Source: Desulfomonilia bacterium
GTDB taxonomy: Bacteria > Desulfobacterota > Desulfomonilia > UBA1062
Direction of reading: 5' to 3'
Length of the DNA stretch: 64,000 bases
NCBI GenBank assembly: GCA_963664325.2
Contig: CAXXDQ010000004.1
Coordinates: 1 to 64,000 of the forward strand
Shown: one piece after another, positions 10,975-23,072 of the stretch
Layout of the letters: each line of letters starts with the position of its first letter
Numbering within the stretch: position 1 is the first letter of the stretch
Position numbers and translations under genes: made by a program
Notes under the pieces: model-generated
The model's input: only the letters and a program-made list of their open reading frames with translations
The model's database searches: none
Told to the model about the DNA's origin: nothing

Positions 10975-13455
10975 TTGATGAAATGGGGAATTGTGAGAAG
11001 AAAGATATGGAGTTTGTACAGGCAGAGAGGCTCAATGATATCTCTTTGTTTCATTATCCAAATATACCCTCAGTATATTTTAGATGAGAAAGGGGATATT
11101 ATCTTTATAAATAATTGCGCAATTGAGATTTATGGCCACACAAAAAAATTTTATATCGGGAAGAATTTTTTAACTCTTGCAGCGCCGCGCGCAGCGGATG
11201 TAAGCCAGATTGAAGCAAAAATAAAAAAGGCATTTGACGGGGAACCGCAGTCAGGTTGAGTTCGGGGGACTAATAAAGAATAATGCAAAACTGCCAAAGC
11301 GACTCATTCTTTTTTCCGTGCATCTACCTTAAAAATAAATCAATTCTATGTCTTGAATATAATATCGCTGAAAATATAATCTCTGAACATAACCTGAAAA
11401 TCTCCGAAAATAGGTACAGGATTATCGGTGAGATGATTTCTGATTTTGCATATTCTTGTGTACATAATGAAAATAAAGGCTTTCAGGTAGATTGGATTAC
11501 TGATTCATTTTATTCGGTGACCGGTTTTACTGAAGAGGTATTACTAAAACACAAGTGCTGGCTTTTTTGCGCACATCCGGATGAACGAAATCAAATCTTA
11601 AAAGAGTTTAATGCATTAGTTCCTGGGCAGGAGCTGGTGAAGGAATTTAGAATTATTGATTCGGATAATAATATACATTGGCTGAACAACTATGTCCGCT
11701 GTGTATTGGATGAAAATGATTCGACGGTCTTCAGGCTTTTTGGAGCCGCAAGAGATATAACCGAAAGAAAAACAGCAATTGAAAAGCTGAGAGAAAAAGA
11801 AGATATTATTTCTAAAATAAATGACTGCCTGTTATGCCTTTCATCAGATCATAACCAAAATATTGCTGATATTGTTGCCCTTTGCGGTAAATTACTTCAT
11901 GCAGACTGTGCACTTTACAACAGACTTGATGGAGAAATGCTTAATACAATTGGCTGTTGGAATGCTCCCCCCGATTTTAAAAAGAAGATTCTCCCCAGGG
12001 GCATCTTTGCTATGATGTAATAAACGGGAAGGCTGGAAATACACTTATCGTTACCGATTTGCCCAACTCAACTTATAATGAAACCGATCCGAATGTAAAA
12101 ACTTATGGCTTAAAAAGCTACATAGGCTACCCGGTTCGTTTTGCCGGTGTTAATATTGGTTCTTTATGCGTGGTTTATGTTAATGAATATATTCCAGGTG
12201 ATGAAGACCTAAAAATACTTGGTATTTTGTCTGTAGCTATTGCCCAGGAAGAAGAGAGACAACAGGTAGAGACTGAGTTGAGAACAGCCAAAGAAAAGGC
12301 CGAAGAAATGAGCCGCCTTAAATCTTCTTTCCTTGCAAATATGAGTCATGAATTGCGCACCCCGATGCATGGTATTCTTGGTATGGCCGAGATTTTGAAC
12401 AGCCAGTCTACAAATAATGAAACTAAAGAAATGACAGATATGATTTTAACATCCGGCAGAAGGCTGTTAAATACATTGAATATGATACTTACTTTAGCCA
12501 GAATAGAAGCGAACAAACAGGAGATCAGACTAAAAAGTATAAAACTATTTCAAACGGTGATGCATAGTGTCCGCCTATATACTCCTATGGCTCTCGAAAA
12601 AAACCTGAGTATAAAGTTCGTATCTATTTCTGACGATATTGAGTTTCTTACCGATCCTCAGCTGTTTGATTCCATTTTGAATAATTTAATTGATAACGCG
12701 ATAAAATACACCGAAACCGGGGGTATATCGGTTTACGCGGGGAAAGAAATAAGAAATGGGGAAGAGTCAGTTGTTATTAAGGTTGAAGATACGGGAATTG
12801 GCATTACTCCCGAAAATCAACAGCTCGTTTTTGATGAGTTCAGGCAGGTTAGCGAAGGATACGACAGAGCCTTTGAAGGAGCTGGTCTGGGGGCTTTCAA
12901 TAATCAGAAGGTATATAGATCTTTTGAATGGAAGTATAACTTTAACAAGTTTGGTTGACAGGGGTTCAACATTTACAGTTATTCTTCCTAATCATCCGAA
13001 ACAAAAGGAAGAAAAAATTGTTTCAGGGAAAAAGATTACGGAAGATATTTCAATCCCTGGGAAATTAGGAGAAAAAGTTAAAATAATTCTGGTTGATGAT
13101 GACCAGATTACTATTAATATTGTAAATATCTGGCTGCGGAATTTTTATGATTTCGATTATGCTAAAGATGTTGCCGCCGCAATTGAAAAAATTAATAATA
13201 ATGATTACAAGGCGATATTACTGGATATTAATTTAAGAAAAGGGGAGAGCGGAATAACACTATTGAAAGAGATCAGGAAAAAAAACCGCTTACAGAAATA
13301 CTCCTGTAATTGCGTGTACTGCCTATGCTATGCCGGGAGATGAAAATAAATTGATATTTGAAGGATTTGATCATTATATTTCAAAACCGTTTCAGAAAAA
13401 GGAAATATTTGAGCTTTTAGAATTTGCTTTAAAAAGTAAGATAAAAACAGTATAA
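10975..13455 (+). CDS. Hybrid sensor kinase PAS-PAS-GAF-HisKA-HATPase-REC, broken by several frameshifts (errors or pseudogene)
   Basis: ORFs 10975, 11283, 12059 and 12756 plus a tail to 13455 (IACTAYAMPGD...YISKPF) together form a paralogue of the upstream kinase. Confidence 0.7.
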
Positions 13456-14938
<1,483 letters not shown>

Positions 14939-14939
14939 T

Positions 14940-15353
14940 ATGCCTGCATTTAATTTAGAAATAATTACTCCGGCCAAACTGGCCTTATCAGCTTCTGTAA
15001 AATCTGTTACTATTCCCGGTACAATGGGGGAGTTTCAGGTTTTAATTAATCATGCGCCGCTGATTTCTATTTTTGAAATAGGAAGAATTAAGGTCGTGAA
15101 AGAGGATGATTCGGTTTTATATTACGCAACAGGCGGCGGTACTGCCGAAGTATTGAACAACAAAGTTCTGATACTTGCCGATAGTATTGAGCCTATTGAG
15201 GATATAGATCTCGGCAGGGCAAAAAACGCGCTTGAAAGGGCGCAGACAAGGCTTGCAAACCAAAGGGCAAGCATTGATATAGCCCGTGCCGAAGCCGCTC
15301 TTGCAAGAGCAATGAATAGAATACAGCTGGTTGAGAAGTACGCAAAGGTATAA
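14940..15353 (+). CDS. atpC: F0F1 ATP synthase subunit epsilon
   Basis: LEIITP, GEFQVLINHAPL, AEAALARAMNR; follows atpD. Confidence 0.95.
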   Translation: MPAFNLEIITPAKLALSASVKSVTIPGTMGEFQVLINHAPLISIFEIGRIKVVKEDDSVLYYATGGGTAEVLNNKVLILADSIEPIEDIDLGRAKNALERAQTRLANQRASIDIARAEAALARAMNRIQLVEKYAKV

Positions 15354-15405
15354 ATAAAAAATAAACTGCACCCCGTTTCTCCTGAGGGGGCGCTAAGTTT
15401 AATAT

Positions 15406-15440
15406 AGCCATAAGCGGCTTTGCCGCTTATGGCTTTTTAT
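15406..15440 (+). terminator. Intrinsic terminator of atpDC
   Basis: agccataagcggc-ttt-gccgcttatggct followed by tttt. Confidence 0.8.
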
Positions 15441-15604
15441 ATTTTAAAATTAATAATATGACATCAGGTGGAGGTTGTCTCAAATAGGTAAATGAATAAA
15501 TAATTTTGCATTTAACTAATGTAGAGGCGGGTCGGTGACCCGCCTAAGATGCTTAATTGTTTCTTTATATTATTATAACTTACTACTTAATACCGCCTTT
15601 AGTT

Positions 15605-15803
15605 GAGGCTGTCTTAAAAGTAGCATATGGTGAAATTTTATTCAAATAAATATTTAAGTTAAGTGAATCAAATAAGCTTGTTATGGTTCGACTTCGCTCA
15701 CCATGACATGTCATCCTGAGCGAAGTCGATGGATGAAGCCGCTAATTTGTCTCGCAAATTTTGTGAAAATTTATTAGTCTAAAATGACTTTTGAGACAGT
15801 CTC
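15605..15803. mobile_element. Non-autonomous MITE-like element (IS1182/IS5-like ends) with an internal REP-like hairpin
   Basis: Terminal inverted repeats gaggctgtcttaaaagt / acttttgagacagtctc, internal tcgacttcgctca...tgagcgaagtcga, and no transposase. Confidence 0.7.
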
Positions 15804-15887
15804 GTGTTTTTAATGTTTTTCAAAATGCACGGACAGACAGGGATGCCTGTCCCACCAAAATTAATTTTTTAAATTTCTTTAGCAGTA

Positions 15888-16818
15888 TTAGTGTCCTTCG
15901 CTATGCGCGTCGTCATGCAAATCATTTGGCTCAAGGTGCGTCACAATATTAACAGATGATTTAAGCGAATACTTAATTGCCATTTCTATTTCAGTAGCAA
16001 TCATATGCGCCTCTTCAAGCATCGTATTATGGGGGAAAAGGAGATGGAATTCTATCCAGGTGGTATCACCGCTTTCCCTGTATCTTAACTGGTGAAACCC
16101 AGATTTCTTTCTGTCGTCTCTTTTTCGATGATTTCTTTTATTGAATTACCAAGCACCGCGTTTCCTTCATCCATTAAACGGCAATTGACTGCCGAATTAA
16201 ATTACCCCCTGACCAAAGAATATTAAGCGCGGCAATAATAGCAATTAAAGGATCAAAAGGGAGCCAGCCTGTTAAAAGAGTTAATCCCAGTCCCGCCACA
16301 ACGCCGAAACTTGTCCATGAATCTGTAAGTACATGCTTGCCGTTTGCAACCAGAATAAGTGAATTTGTCTTTTTCCCTTTCCATACCAAAAACCAGCCGA
16401 GGAACAGGTTTATAACCGATGCTCCAAATGTGAAGTACGCACCTTTATCAAGATTTGTAAGTTCTATACCGGTTATCAAGCGCTGGATTGAAATAAATAT
16501 AATATAGGCCGCCGCCAAAATAATTAAGCCCCCTTCAAAACCCGCCGAAAAGTAGCTTATCTTACTATGTCCGTATGGGTGGCTCGCGTCAGCCGGCTGA
16601 AGTGTAAGCCAAAGACTGAAGACAGCAAAAGCCACCCCGATAATATGAACTATTGATTCCGCCGCGTCTGAAAGTATTGCGCTTGAGCCGGTTAGATGAT
16701 AGGCGTACCATTTCATTACAAGCATAAGCAAACCAAAAGCGAACGATACGCGTATTGCGAAAAATTTTCCCGCGCTGTCATTATTTTTCTTTATGTTTTC
16801 CATAATTAGCGAACTCAA
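15888..16818 (-). CDS. Cation diffusion facilitator (FieF/CzcD-like), frameshifted near 16175
   Basis: SAILSDAAES, HPYGHSK, HVLTDSWTS; the dimerisation domain (EAHMIATEIE...THLEP...HDDAHSEGH*) continues in another frame. Confidence 0.88.
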
Positions 16819-16833
16819 TTTTATTGATGAAAA

Positions 16834-17134
16834 TTAATCGAACAGGTTGCCGAATAACTCGGATAATCCGCCGCGTTTTTTATGACGATAATCATTTTTA
16901 TATCCATGATTCTTATAAAAATCATCATCATGATCATCATCATCGTGCCTGTAATGCTTATCATTATTATCATAATCTTTCCGGCTTGTGTCTTCTTCCT
17001 GCGAGCGGCTGATTATTTTTTCCAGCTCTCCCTTATCAAGCCATATGCCCATACATTTGGGGCATACATCAATTAGTACATCTATCTTTATAACTTCATT
17101 CATCACAACATCGCAATTAGGGACATTTTTTCAT
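16834..17134 (-). CDS. zf-TFIIB-type zinc-ribbon protein with a His/Asp-rich tail
   Basis: IDVCPKCMGIWLDKGELEKI motif. The first CxxC (MKKCPNC) is recovered from ATG 17134 if one C is removed at about 17120. SD GAGG is present. Confidence 0.8.
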
Positions 17135-17219
17135 AGAAAACCTCTTTGTTTAAAATTTAGTTTGAGCAGCGGAAAATTTCCCTGCTGTTTTGTTTTCGTG
17201 TTTTTTTAGAGCGGACTGA

Positions 17220-17480
17220 TTAGGATATTACCGGAGGTTTCCAGATCGGATATATTCTTTCAGGAATATTTATTTTGCTTTCGTTGAAGCTAATAAGAAT
17301 GAATTCGGGGATTAGTATATTTTCTTCTGTTGTGTTGATAAAATCTTCATCAAAGTGAATATGATTATACTCAATAGACGAAACCGGCCTTGAGTGGTCG
17401 CTCAATACCGGATGCTGCGGTTCCGTGATGTTCCAGAAACCGATGATAAAAAATAATATGACAGTGGTCTTTTTTAACAT
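17220..17480 (-). CDS. Small hydrophobic-N-terminus protein ending IWKPPVIS; putative leader/arrest peptide
   Basis: ATG 17480, hydrophobic VILFFIIGFW, four His residues, C-terminal W-x-P-P; it is the first gene before the Zn-ribbon and CDF genes. Confidence 0.6.
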   Translation of the reverse strand: MLKKTTVILFFIIGFWNITEPQHPVLSDHSRPVSSIEYNHIHFDEDFINTTEENILIPEFILISFNESKINIPERIYPIWKPPVIS

Positions 17481-17585
17481 GACGTAATATAATTGTTGAA
17501 AAGATAAAATTAAATCCATTTCGTACTGAAATGGAAAAATGATTCTCTGAAATGATGAATTTTATTTATGGTGAAAAATTATTCA

Positions 17586-17614
17586 TTGACAATAAAGTCT
17601 ATATGATTTATGTT
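17586..17614 (+). promoter_or_regulatory. Sigma70-type promoter, copy 1
   Basis: TTGACA-17 bp-TATGTT, also present at 20801-20829. Confidence 0.6.
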
Positions 17615-17718
17615 TGAATCCATATTTGTTCCTCATATTAATTTCGGAGGGGACAAACGATAGAGAGGGAGAGTTGTTTGACCGAAATATTTTAAGCGCG
17701 GGGTGAGAGCTGCGCTTG
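17607..17718 (+). ncRNA. Candidate structured 5' leader RNA, copy 1
   Basis: Identical to 20822-20933; two hairpins and a possible pseudoknot. Confidence 0.45.
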
Positions 17719-17793
17719 AATACATTCGCAGCATTTTTATCCAAGGGTGTGCTGTATTTAAATAACCATTTAGATTATTTTTACGGAGGTAAA

Positions 17794-19041
17794 ATGAGGA
17801 CCGGATTAACAATTCCGCTTGTGCTATTGTGCGCCTTTCTATCGTATGCGCAAAGAGACAATCTCTTCAGTACATATAAAATTCCTACTTATTCATTCTA
17901 TGAACTTCATGTGGCGGGGCAGGATTTCTTGACTTATTTCAGGAATAAAATAGATGAAGATCATAATGATGCTGAAACTGTGACAATAGATTTAGCCCTG
18001 GGAGGCCGTTATTTGAAACAGTCCCCCCTTTATAATGGTGATATTTCAGGTTATCTATCCTATTATTATGATAAGTCAAAGCGAAGTGAAATATCCTCTT
18101 ATTCCGGGATGACGCCTGTTTATGGTGACGTGATTAATGAAAGATCGGTTTCGGATGTTTACCTAAACTCATTTAACGATTTTTATTTGAGAGATGAAAA
18201 GGGGCTATTCCTTTTTGGGGATTTAAAGGGGGCTTATCATTTTTTTACTCCCAGCAAAACAGGATACTCGACTATTGAGTTTTCATCCGGTATCGGCTAT
18301 GGCCGAATTGTAAATTTAAAAAGTGTTGTTCAGGCTTATATCATAGGGCGTGAATCCGGCATTGATTTATCAGAGGAAGCAATTTCGAAACTGACCGAAA
18401 TTATTGAAAAGAGACGTGATGGTTATTATTCGAAAAACAGAGATAATGCGGATATTGAGTTCTACCGGGAGATAGATTCTGTAGTTAAAAAGCCGGAAAT
18501 GACAGCTAAAATTCAGCAGGTCTTTAATTCGGCCTTATATCAAACAGCTGAGAGAAGATCCGGTTTAAAATTTAAATTGGGTTCCCGCTACACCAACGAA
18601 GATGGTGAAAATTCTGATACAAAATATCAAAACCTTGTTGATATAGCTGCCAGTGTTGAATATGCCGCTCCTATCGGATTCGATAAACAATTCTATATAT
18701 CCGTTTCCTATTTAAATAATACAAATAGTCTTAAGGGGAAGGCGCCGATGTTATCAGTTTCCAGTTCTTTTTCAATAGATCACAGTTATACATGGTCTTC
18801 CTCAATAAATGCAAAACTGATCTCGGTATTTCCTGAAAATGAAGCGCAAAGATCAAATTATAGTATTTCTCTTACTTCAAATTATGTTTTGTTGAACGCC
18901 CTTTCGGTTTTTGGATCATTAGAGTATTCAAATACGATTTTTTACAATTGGGGCTCACTTAGTGAAATTGCTGCATATTCTTATCACCCCGAGTATTCAA
19001 AAACGCAGCTGCATCTCGGGGTAAAATATTATATCCTTTAA
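17794..19041 (+). CDS. Putative outer-membrane beta-barrel protein, paralogue A
   Basis: SD GGAGG before ATG 17794, signal peptide, amphipathic strands, GYGRI motif, C-terminal LHLGVKYYIL. Confidence 0.75.
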   Translation: MRTGLTIPLVLLCAFLSYAQRDNLFSTYKIPTYSFYELHVAGQDFLTYFRNKIDEDHNDAETVTIDLALGGRYLKQSPLYNGDISGYLSYYYDKSKRSEISSYSGMTPVYGDVINERSVSDVYLNSFNDFYLRDEKGLFLFGDLKGAYHFFTPSKTGYSTIEFSSGIGYGRIVNLKSVVQAYIIGRESGIDLSEEAISKLTEIIEKRRDGYYSKNRDNADIEFYREIDSVVKKPEMTAKIQQVFNSALYQTAERRSGLKFKLGSRYTNEDGENSDTKYQNLVDIAASVEYAAPIGFDKQFYISVSYLNNTNSLKGKAPMLSVSSSFSIDHSYTWSSSINAKLISVFPENEAQRSNYSISLTSNYVLLNALSVFGSLEYSNTIFYNWGSLSEIAAYSYHPEYSKTQLHLGVKYYIL

Positions 19042-19069
19042 TATTACTTAAATTAGGAATGGAGAATAT

Positions 19070-20320
19070 ATGAAAACGATTTTTTTATTGGCATTTATTA
19101 GCATAATTAATTTCCCTGTTTTTTCACAAAGCACTAAACTGTTTGATGATTATAAAATTCCGACATATTCATTTAATACATTACAATTAGCCAGTCAGGA
19201 TTTTCTGAAATATCTTAAGGTTAAAAGTGACGAAATCCATCAGGATGACGAAAGCATTAATGTTAATTTTAATTTGTACGATAGATTTGTACGCCAATCC
19301 CCATTTTATACCGGAATTTCAGAAGTTAAATTAAATTATTTTTATAATATGGAAAAAAGAAATGAATTTTACTCGAATTATCCAAAAGAATCTACTTATA
19401 AAGAAAGAAAAGATGAGCGGTCTCAGATGTTTTTTTATATTAATTCAATGAATGATTTTTATATAAATAATGAAAGGGGCATTTTCCTATCCGGAAATTT
19501 TTCCTGGAGTTATAATTACTATACACCAATGAAAAATTTTATAACCGAAACAGGAATTACTGTCGGAGGGGGATATGGAAGAATTGTTGGGCTTCGTTCG
19601 GTTGTACAAGCTTATATTATATCTAAAGAGACTGGTTCCAATTTATCAGACTCCGATATACAAAAGCTTTCTGAAATAATAGAAAAATGGAGCAACGGAT
19701 ATTATTCCAAATACAAAGATAATAGTGATATTGAGTTTTATAAGGATATTATTTCAATAACTCAAAAGCCGGAACAGATTACAAAAATCCAGCAAATATT
19801 AAACTCGCAGATTTATAAAACCGCCGAAAGAATGGACGGAATGAAGGTAAATGCAACATTGGGTTACGCAAATATCGGAGGAGATAATTTCTTCTTTTCA
19901 GAAGCAAGAGACCTTGTAAATATAAGTCTAAAAGCCGAGTATGCAAAACCAATCGGTTTCGATAAGCAGGCGTATGTTTCAGCCGAGTATTCAAAAAACC
20001 TTGATGATAAAGAGAATTCAGTCCCAAGATTAAAACTTTCAGGGCGCTTTTCAATTGATCACAACTTAACATGGTCTTCTTCTCTTAATGTTGAATACAC
20101 AACTGCTTATTTAAAAAACACTTCAAACAGGGCTAACTTTAAGGCCGGGTTTTCTACAAATTTCACTATAATTAACGCGTTAACAGCCTACGGTACAGTT
20201 TCATATGTGAAACAGCAATTCCATGATTCTCAAATTTATAATTCTGGTGGTGCCTTGACAATTTCTCCTGAATCCGAATGGACAGAATTACACCTGGGGC
20301 TGAGGTATTACATTTTATAA
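19070..20320 (+). CDS. Putative outer-membrane beta-barrel protein, paralogue B
   Basis: Homologous to A (YKIPTYSF, GYGRIV, LHLGLRYYIL). Confidence 0.78.
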   Translation: MKTIFLLAFISIINFPVFSQSTKLFDDYKIPTYSFNTLQLASQDFLKYLKVKSDEIHQDDESINVNFNLYDRFVRQSPFYTGISEVKLNYFYNMEKRNEFYSNYPKESTYKERKDERSQMFFYINSMNDFYINNERGIFLSGNFSWSYNYYTPMKNFITETGITVGGGYGRIVGLRSVVQAYIISKETGSNLSDSDIQKLSEIIEKWSNGYYSKYKDNSDIEFYKDIISITQKPEQITKIQQILNSQIYKTAERMDGMKVNATLGYANIGGDNFFFSEARDLVNISLKAEYAKPIGFDKQAYVSAEYSKNLDDKENSVPRLKLSGRFSIDHNLTWSSSLNVEYTTAYLKNTSNRANFKAGFSTNFTIINALTAYGTVSYVKQQFHDSQIYNSGGALTISPESEWTELHLGLRYYIL

Positions 20321-20337
20321 AGATGTAATTATAAAAA

Positions 20338-20396
20338 AAAAGGCTGTTAATAAAAATCTTTTTCAATAGAGTTTTATATACAGCCTTTATTTTTTT
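20338..20396 (+). terminator. Terminator-like hairpin, duplicated at 22279-22336
   Basis: aaaggctgt...acagccttt followed by a T run; near-identical copy after paralogue C. Confidence 0.6.
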
Positions 20397-20655
20397 ATAG
20401 TTTCTTATTGGAATTTAAGAAAGGCGAATTATATGGCTTGTAAGCTTTTATAATATACTTGGTGTTGTGCAACTAATTTTGTATCAATAAACTAGCTCCG
20501 TTAGGAGGGGTTTGTTGGTAGAAAAACTTTATCGTACCGCCAATATTTCGTCCCTCACGGAGAATGTCTTAAAAGTTATTTAGCATAAATAAAATTGCAA
20601 ATATTTGTATTTGAAAATAGTCATAAACACTTCCTAAGCATAATAAGCGCAAAGC

Positions 20656-20729
20656 TTCCCGCAGATAACGCAGATCTACGCAGAAGTTGAATTGTTTTAT
20701 CTGCGTTAATCTGCGCGATCTGCGGGAAA
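20656..20729. repeat. CGCAGA-unit palindromic element, copy 2 (inverted relative to copies 1 and 3)
   Basis: Its reverse complement aligns with 32069-32144, including the flanks. Confidence 0.85.
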
Positions 20730-20821
20730 CTATTCAATTTAGTTTAAGAAGAAATTGCGCTCTGAAATGATTAATTTTCTTTATAGTGAAAAGTTATTCA
20801 TTGACAATAAAATCTATAAGG

Positions 20822-20933
20822 TTTATGTTTGAATCCATATTTGTTCCTCATATTAATTTCGGAGGGGACAAACGATAGAGAGGGAGAGTTGTTTGACCGA
20901 AATATTTTAAGCGCGGGGTGAGAGCTGCGCTTG
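20822..20933 (+). ncRNA. Candidate structured 5' leader RNA, copy 2
   Basis: 112/112 identical to 17607-17718. Confidence 0.45.
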
Positions 20934-21004
20934 GATGACAACACAACATTTATTTATAAAAGGCTTTATTTATTTACACCACTGATTAATTTAAAGGAGC
21001 ATAT

Positions 21005-22261
21005 ATGAAGTACGGATTAATAATCCCTCTTGTAGTTTTTTGCGCTCTAAATTCTTTTGCACAAAGCACCAAATTGTTTTATGATTATAAAATTCCGACT
21101 TATTCATTTCATACTTTGCATTTATCCGGGCAGGATTTTCTGAACTATTTGAAAATTAAAAGCGGCGAACTCCACCAGGATGACGAAAATGTTAACATTA
21201 ATTTTGATTTGTATGATAGATTTGTTCACCAGTCCCCGCTTTATACCGGTGTTACAGAAACTAATTTAAGTTATTCATACAGAATGGAAAAAAGATACGA
21301 GATATTACTAAATGACCCAAGCGGATCATTTGGACAGGAAAAGAAAACCGAAATCTCTCAATCATATTTTGGTATAAACACAATGAATGATTTTTATCTC
21401 GGAGAGGAGAGGGGCTCTTTTATATCGGGCAATTTCGGGTGGAATTATAATTATATCACTCCGAGTAAAAACTTCTATACCGTTACCGGCATTTCGATTG
21501 GGGGCGGATACGGCAGAATTGTCAGGCTGAGAGCTGTAGTTCAGGCATATATTATTTCAAAAGAAACAGGCGCCGATTTATCTGATGGCGATATCCTGAA
21601 ATTAACTGAAATTATTGAAAAATGGAGCAGCGGTTATTATTCAAAATACAGAGATGATAGTGAAATTGAATTTTACAAAGCTATTATCTCAATAACCAAA
21701 AAGCCTGAACAGATTTCAAAAATTCAGCAAATATTAAATTCGCCGGTTTATAAAACCACAGAAAGATTAGACGGTATGAAGGTAAAAGCGCGGCTGTTGG
21801 TTACGCAAATATCGGGGGAGATAATTTTTATTTTTCAGAAGCTAAAGATATGACAAATATTAGTTTGAAGGCCGAATATGCTTTCCCAATAGGGTTTCGC
21901 TCCCAGATATACTTTTCTGCCGAGTATTCTAAAAACCTGAATGATAAAAATAATACTGCACCAAAATTGGCTTTATCTGGCCATTTTTCAATTGATCATA
22001 GCTTTACCTGGTCTTCTTCGCTGTTGAAGTTGCATATGCAGCAGCATATATTAAAAATTCAACGGAAAGATCGAATTTTAAGGCAAGCCTTTCTACAAAC
22101 TGTTCCATAATAAACTCTCTGACAGCATACGGAACTGTTACATATTTTAAACAGCAATTTTATGATTATTCTGTTCCTAATTCAGGTAACGCAATTATAA
22201 AACAACTCCTGATACCGAAAGAACGGAATTACACCTCGGGCTTAAGTATTATATTTTTTAA
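21005..22261 (+). CDS. Putative outer-membrane protein, paralogue C, with three frameshifts (errors or pseudogene)
   Basis: Colinear with B across shifts at about 21790, 22020 and 22200, ending LHLGLKYYIF*. Confidence 0.7.
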
Positions 22262-22425
22262 CATTATAATTATTTAAATAAAGGCTGTAATAAAAATCTC
22301 TTTCAATAGAATTTTATATACAGCCTTTATTTTTTTATAGTTTCTTATTGAAATTTATGATATGTCAGTAATATGGCGGCTAAGCTTTAAGCAAGATACA
22401 AAGTGAAAAATCGGTTAAGTCAGCA

Positions 22426-23050
22426 TTAATTTATATAACCGTCCCCCATAATAATATTTTGAATCACAGCATTATCTTCAATCTGCATAAAGAGGCTGTT
22501 AAAATATTTAATAAGATATTCAGCCCTCTTATTTTCGTTATCCATTACAAGCAGTTCCTGCTGCTGCGCTAGGGTAAGCCCCGATTTTTCGGCTAATTTA
22601 AAAGACTTATAACTTACTATTTCAAGTTTTTTCCAGAAAGATTCATCCAGTTTGAAATTTACGTCTTGTAATTATTTTTTCAAACGAAAAGATCATCTCT
22701 TCAATCAGCTCGTTATCTGTGCTTGTGTACTGGTCTTCGTAGGCTTCTACTTCGGCGGTGTAATAGCTGTGGGGATTTTTTTGCAGATCAATAATTTTAA
22801 AACGGTCCACACCTGTTACAATAATATCCATTTCACCGTTATCAAAAGTCTTTAGCAGGTGGGATATTTTAACAAGCGAGCCCACCTTTGCAAACTCGTC
22901 ATCAATTAAAGCCACTATCCCGAACTCGCTGTTTGTATGAAGGCATTGGTTGATCATTTTCTTGTACCGCTCTTCAAAGATATGAAGTGGGTAGCTTGAA
23001 TTTGGGAAGACAACCAGACCTAAAGGGAATATCGGGATAATATTTTTCAT
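22426..23050 (-). CDS. Lon N-terminal substrate-binding-domain protein, frameshift at about 22645
   Basis: IPIFPLGLVVFP...PLHIFEERYKKMI; continues as SFKLAEKSGL...QQQELL...GDGYIN*. Confidence 0.85.
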
Positions 23051-23072
23051 TACAATAGCGCTTTAAAAATAA

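Noticed and set aside
15684-15730. tRNA suggested by GGTTCGAC (similar GTTCGAC at about 33396)
   Set aside because: No cloverleaf; both lie within REP-like inverted repeats.
17660-17690. Glycine riboswitch (GGAGAG...CCGAA resemblance)
   Set aside because: It lacks the CUCUCAGG half and the tandem aptamer; kept only as an unknown leader.
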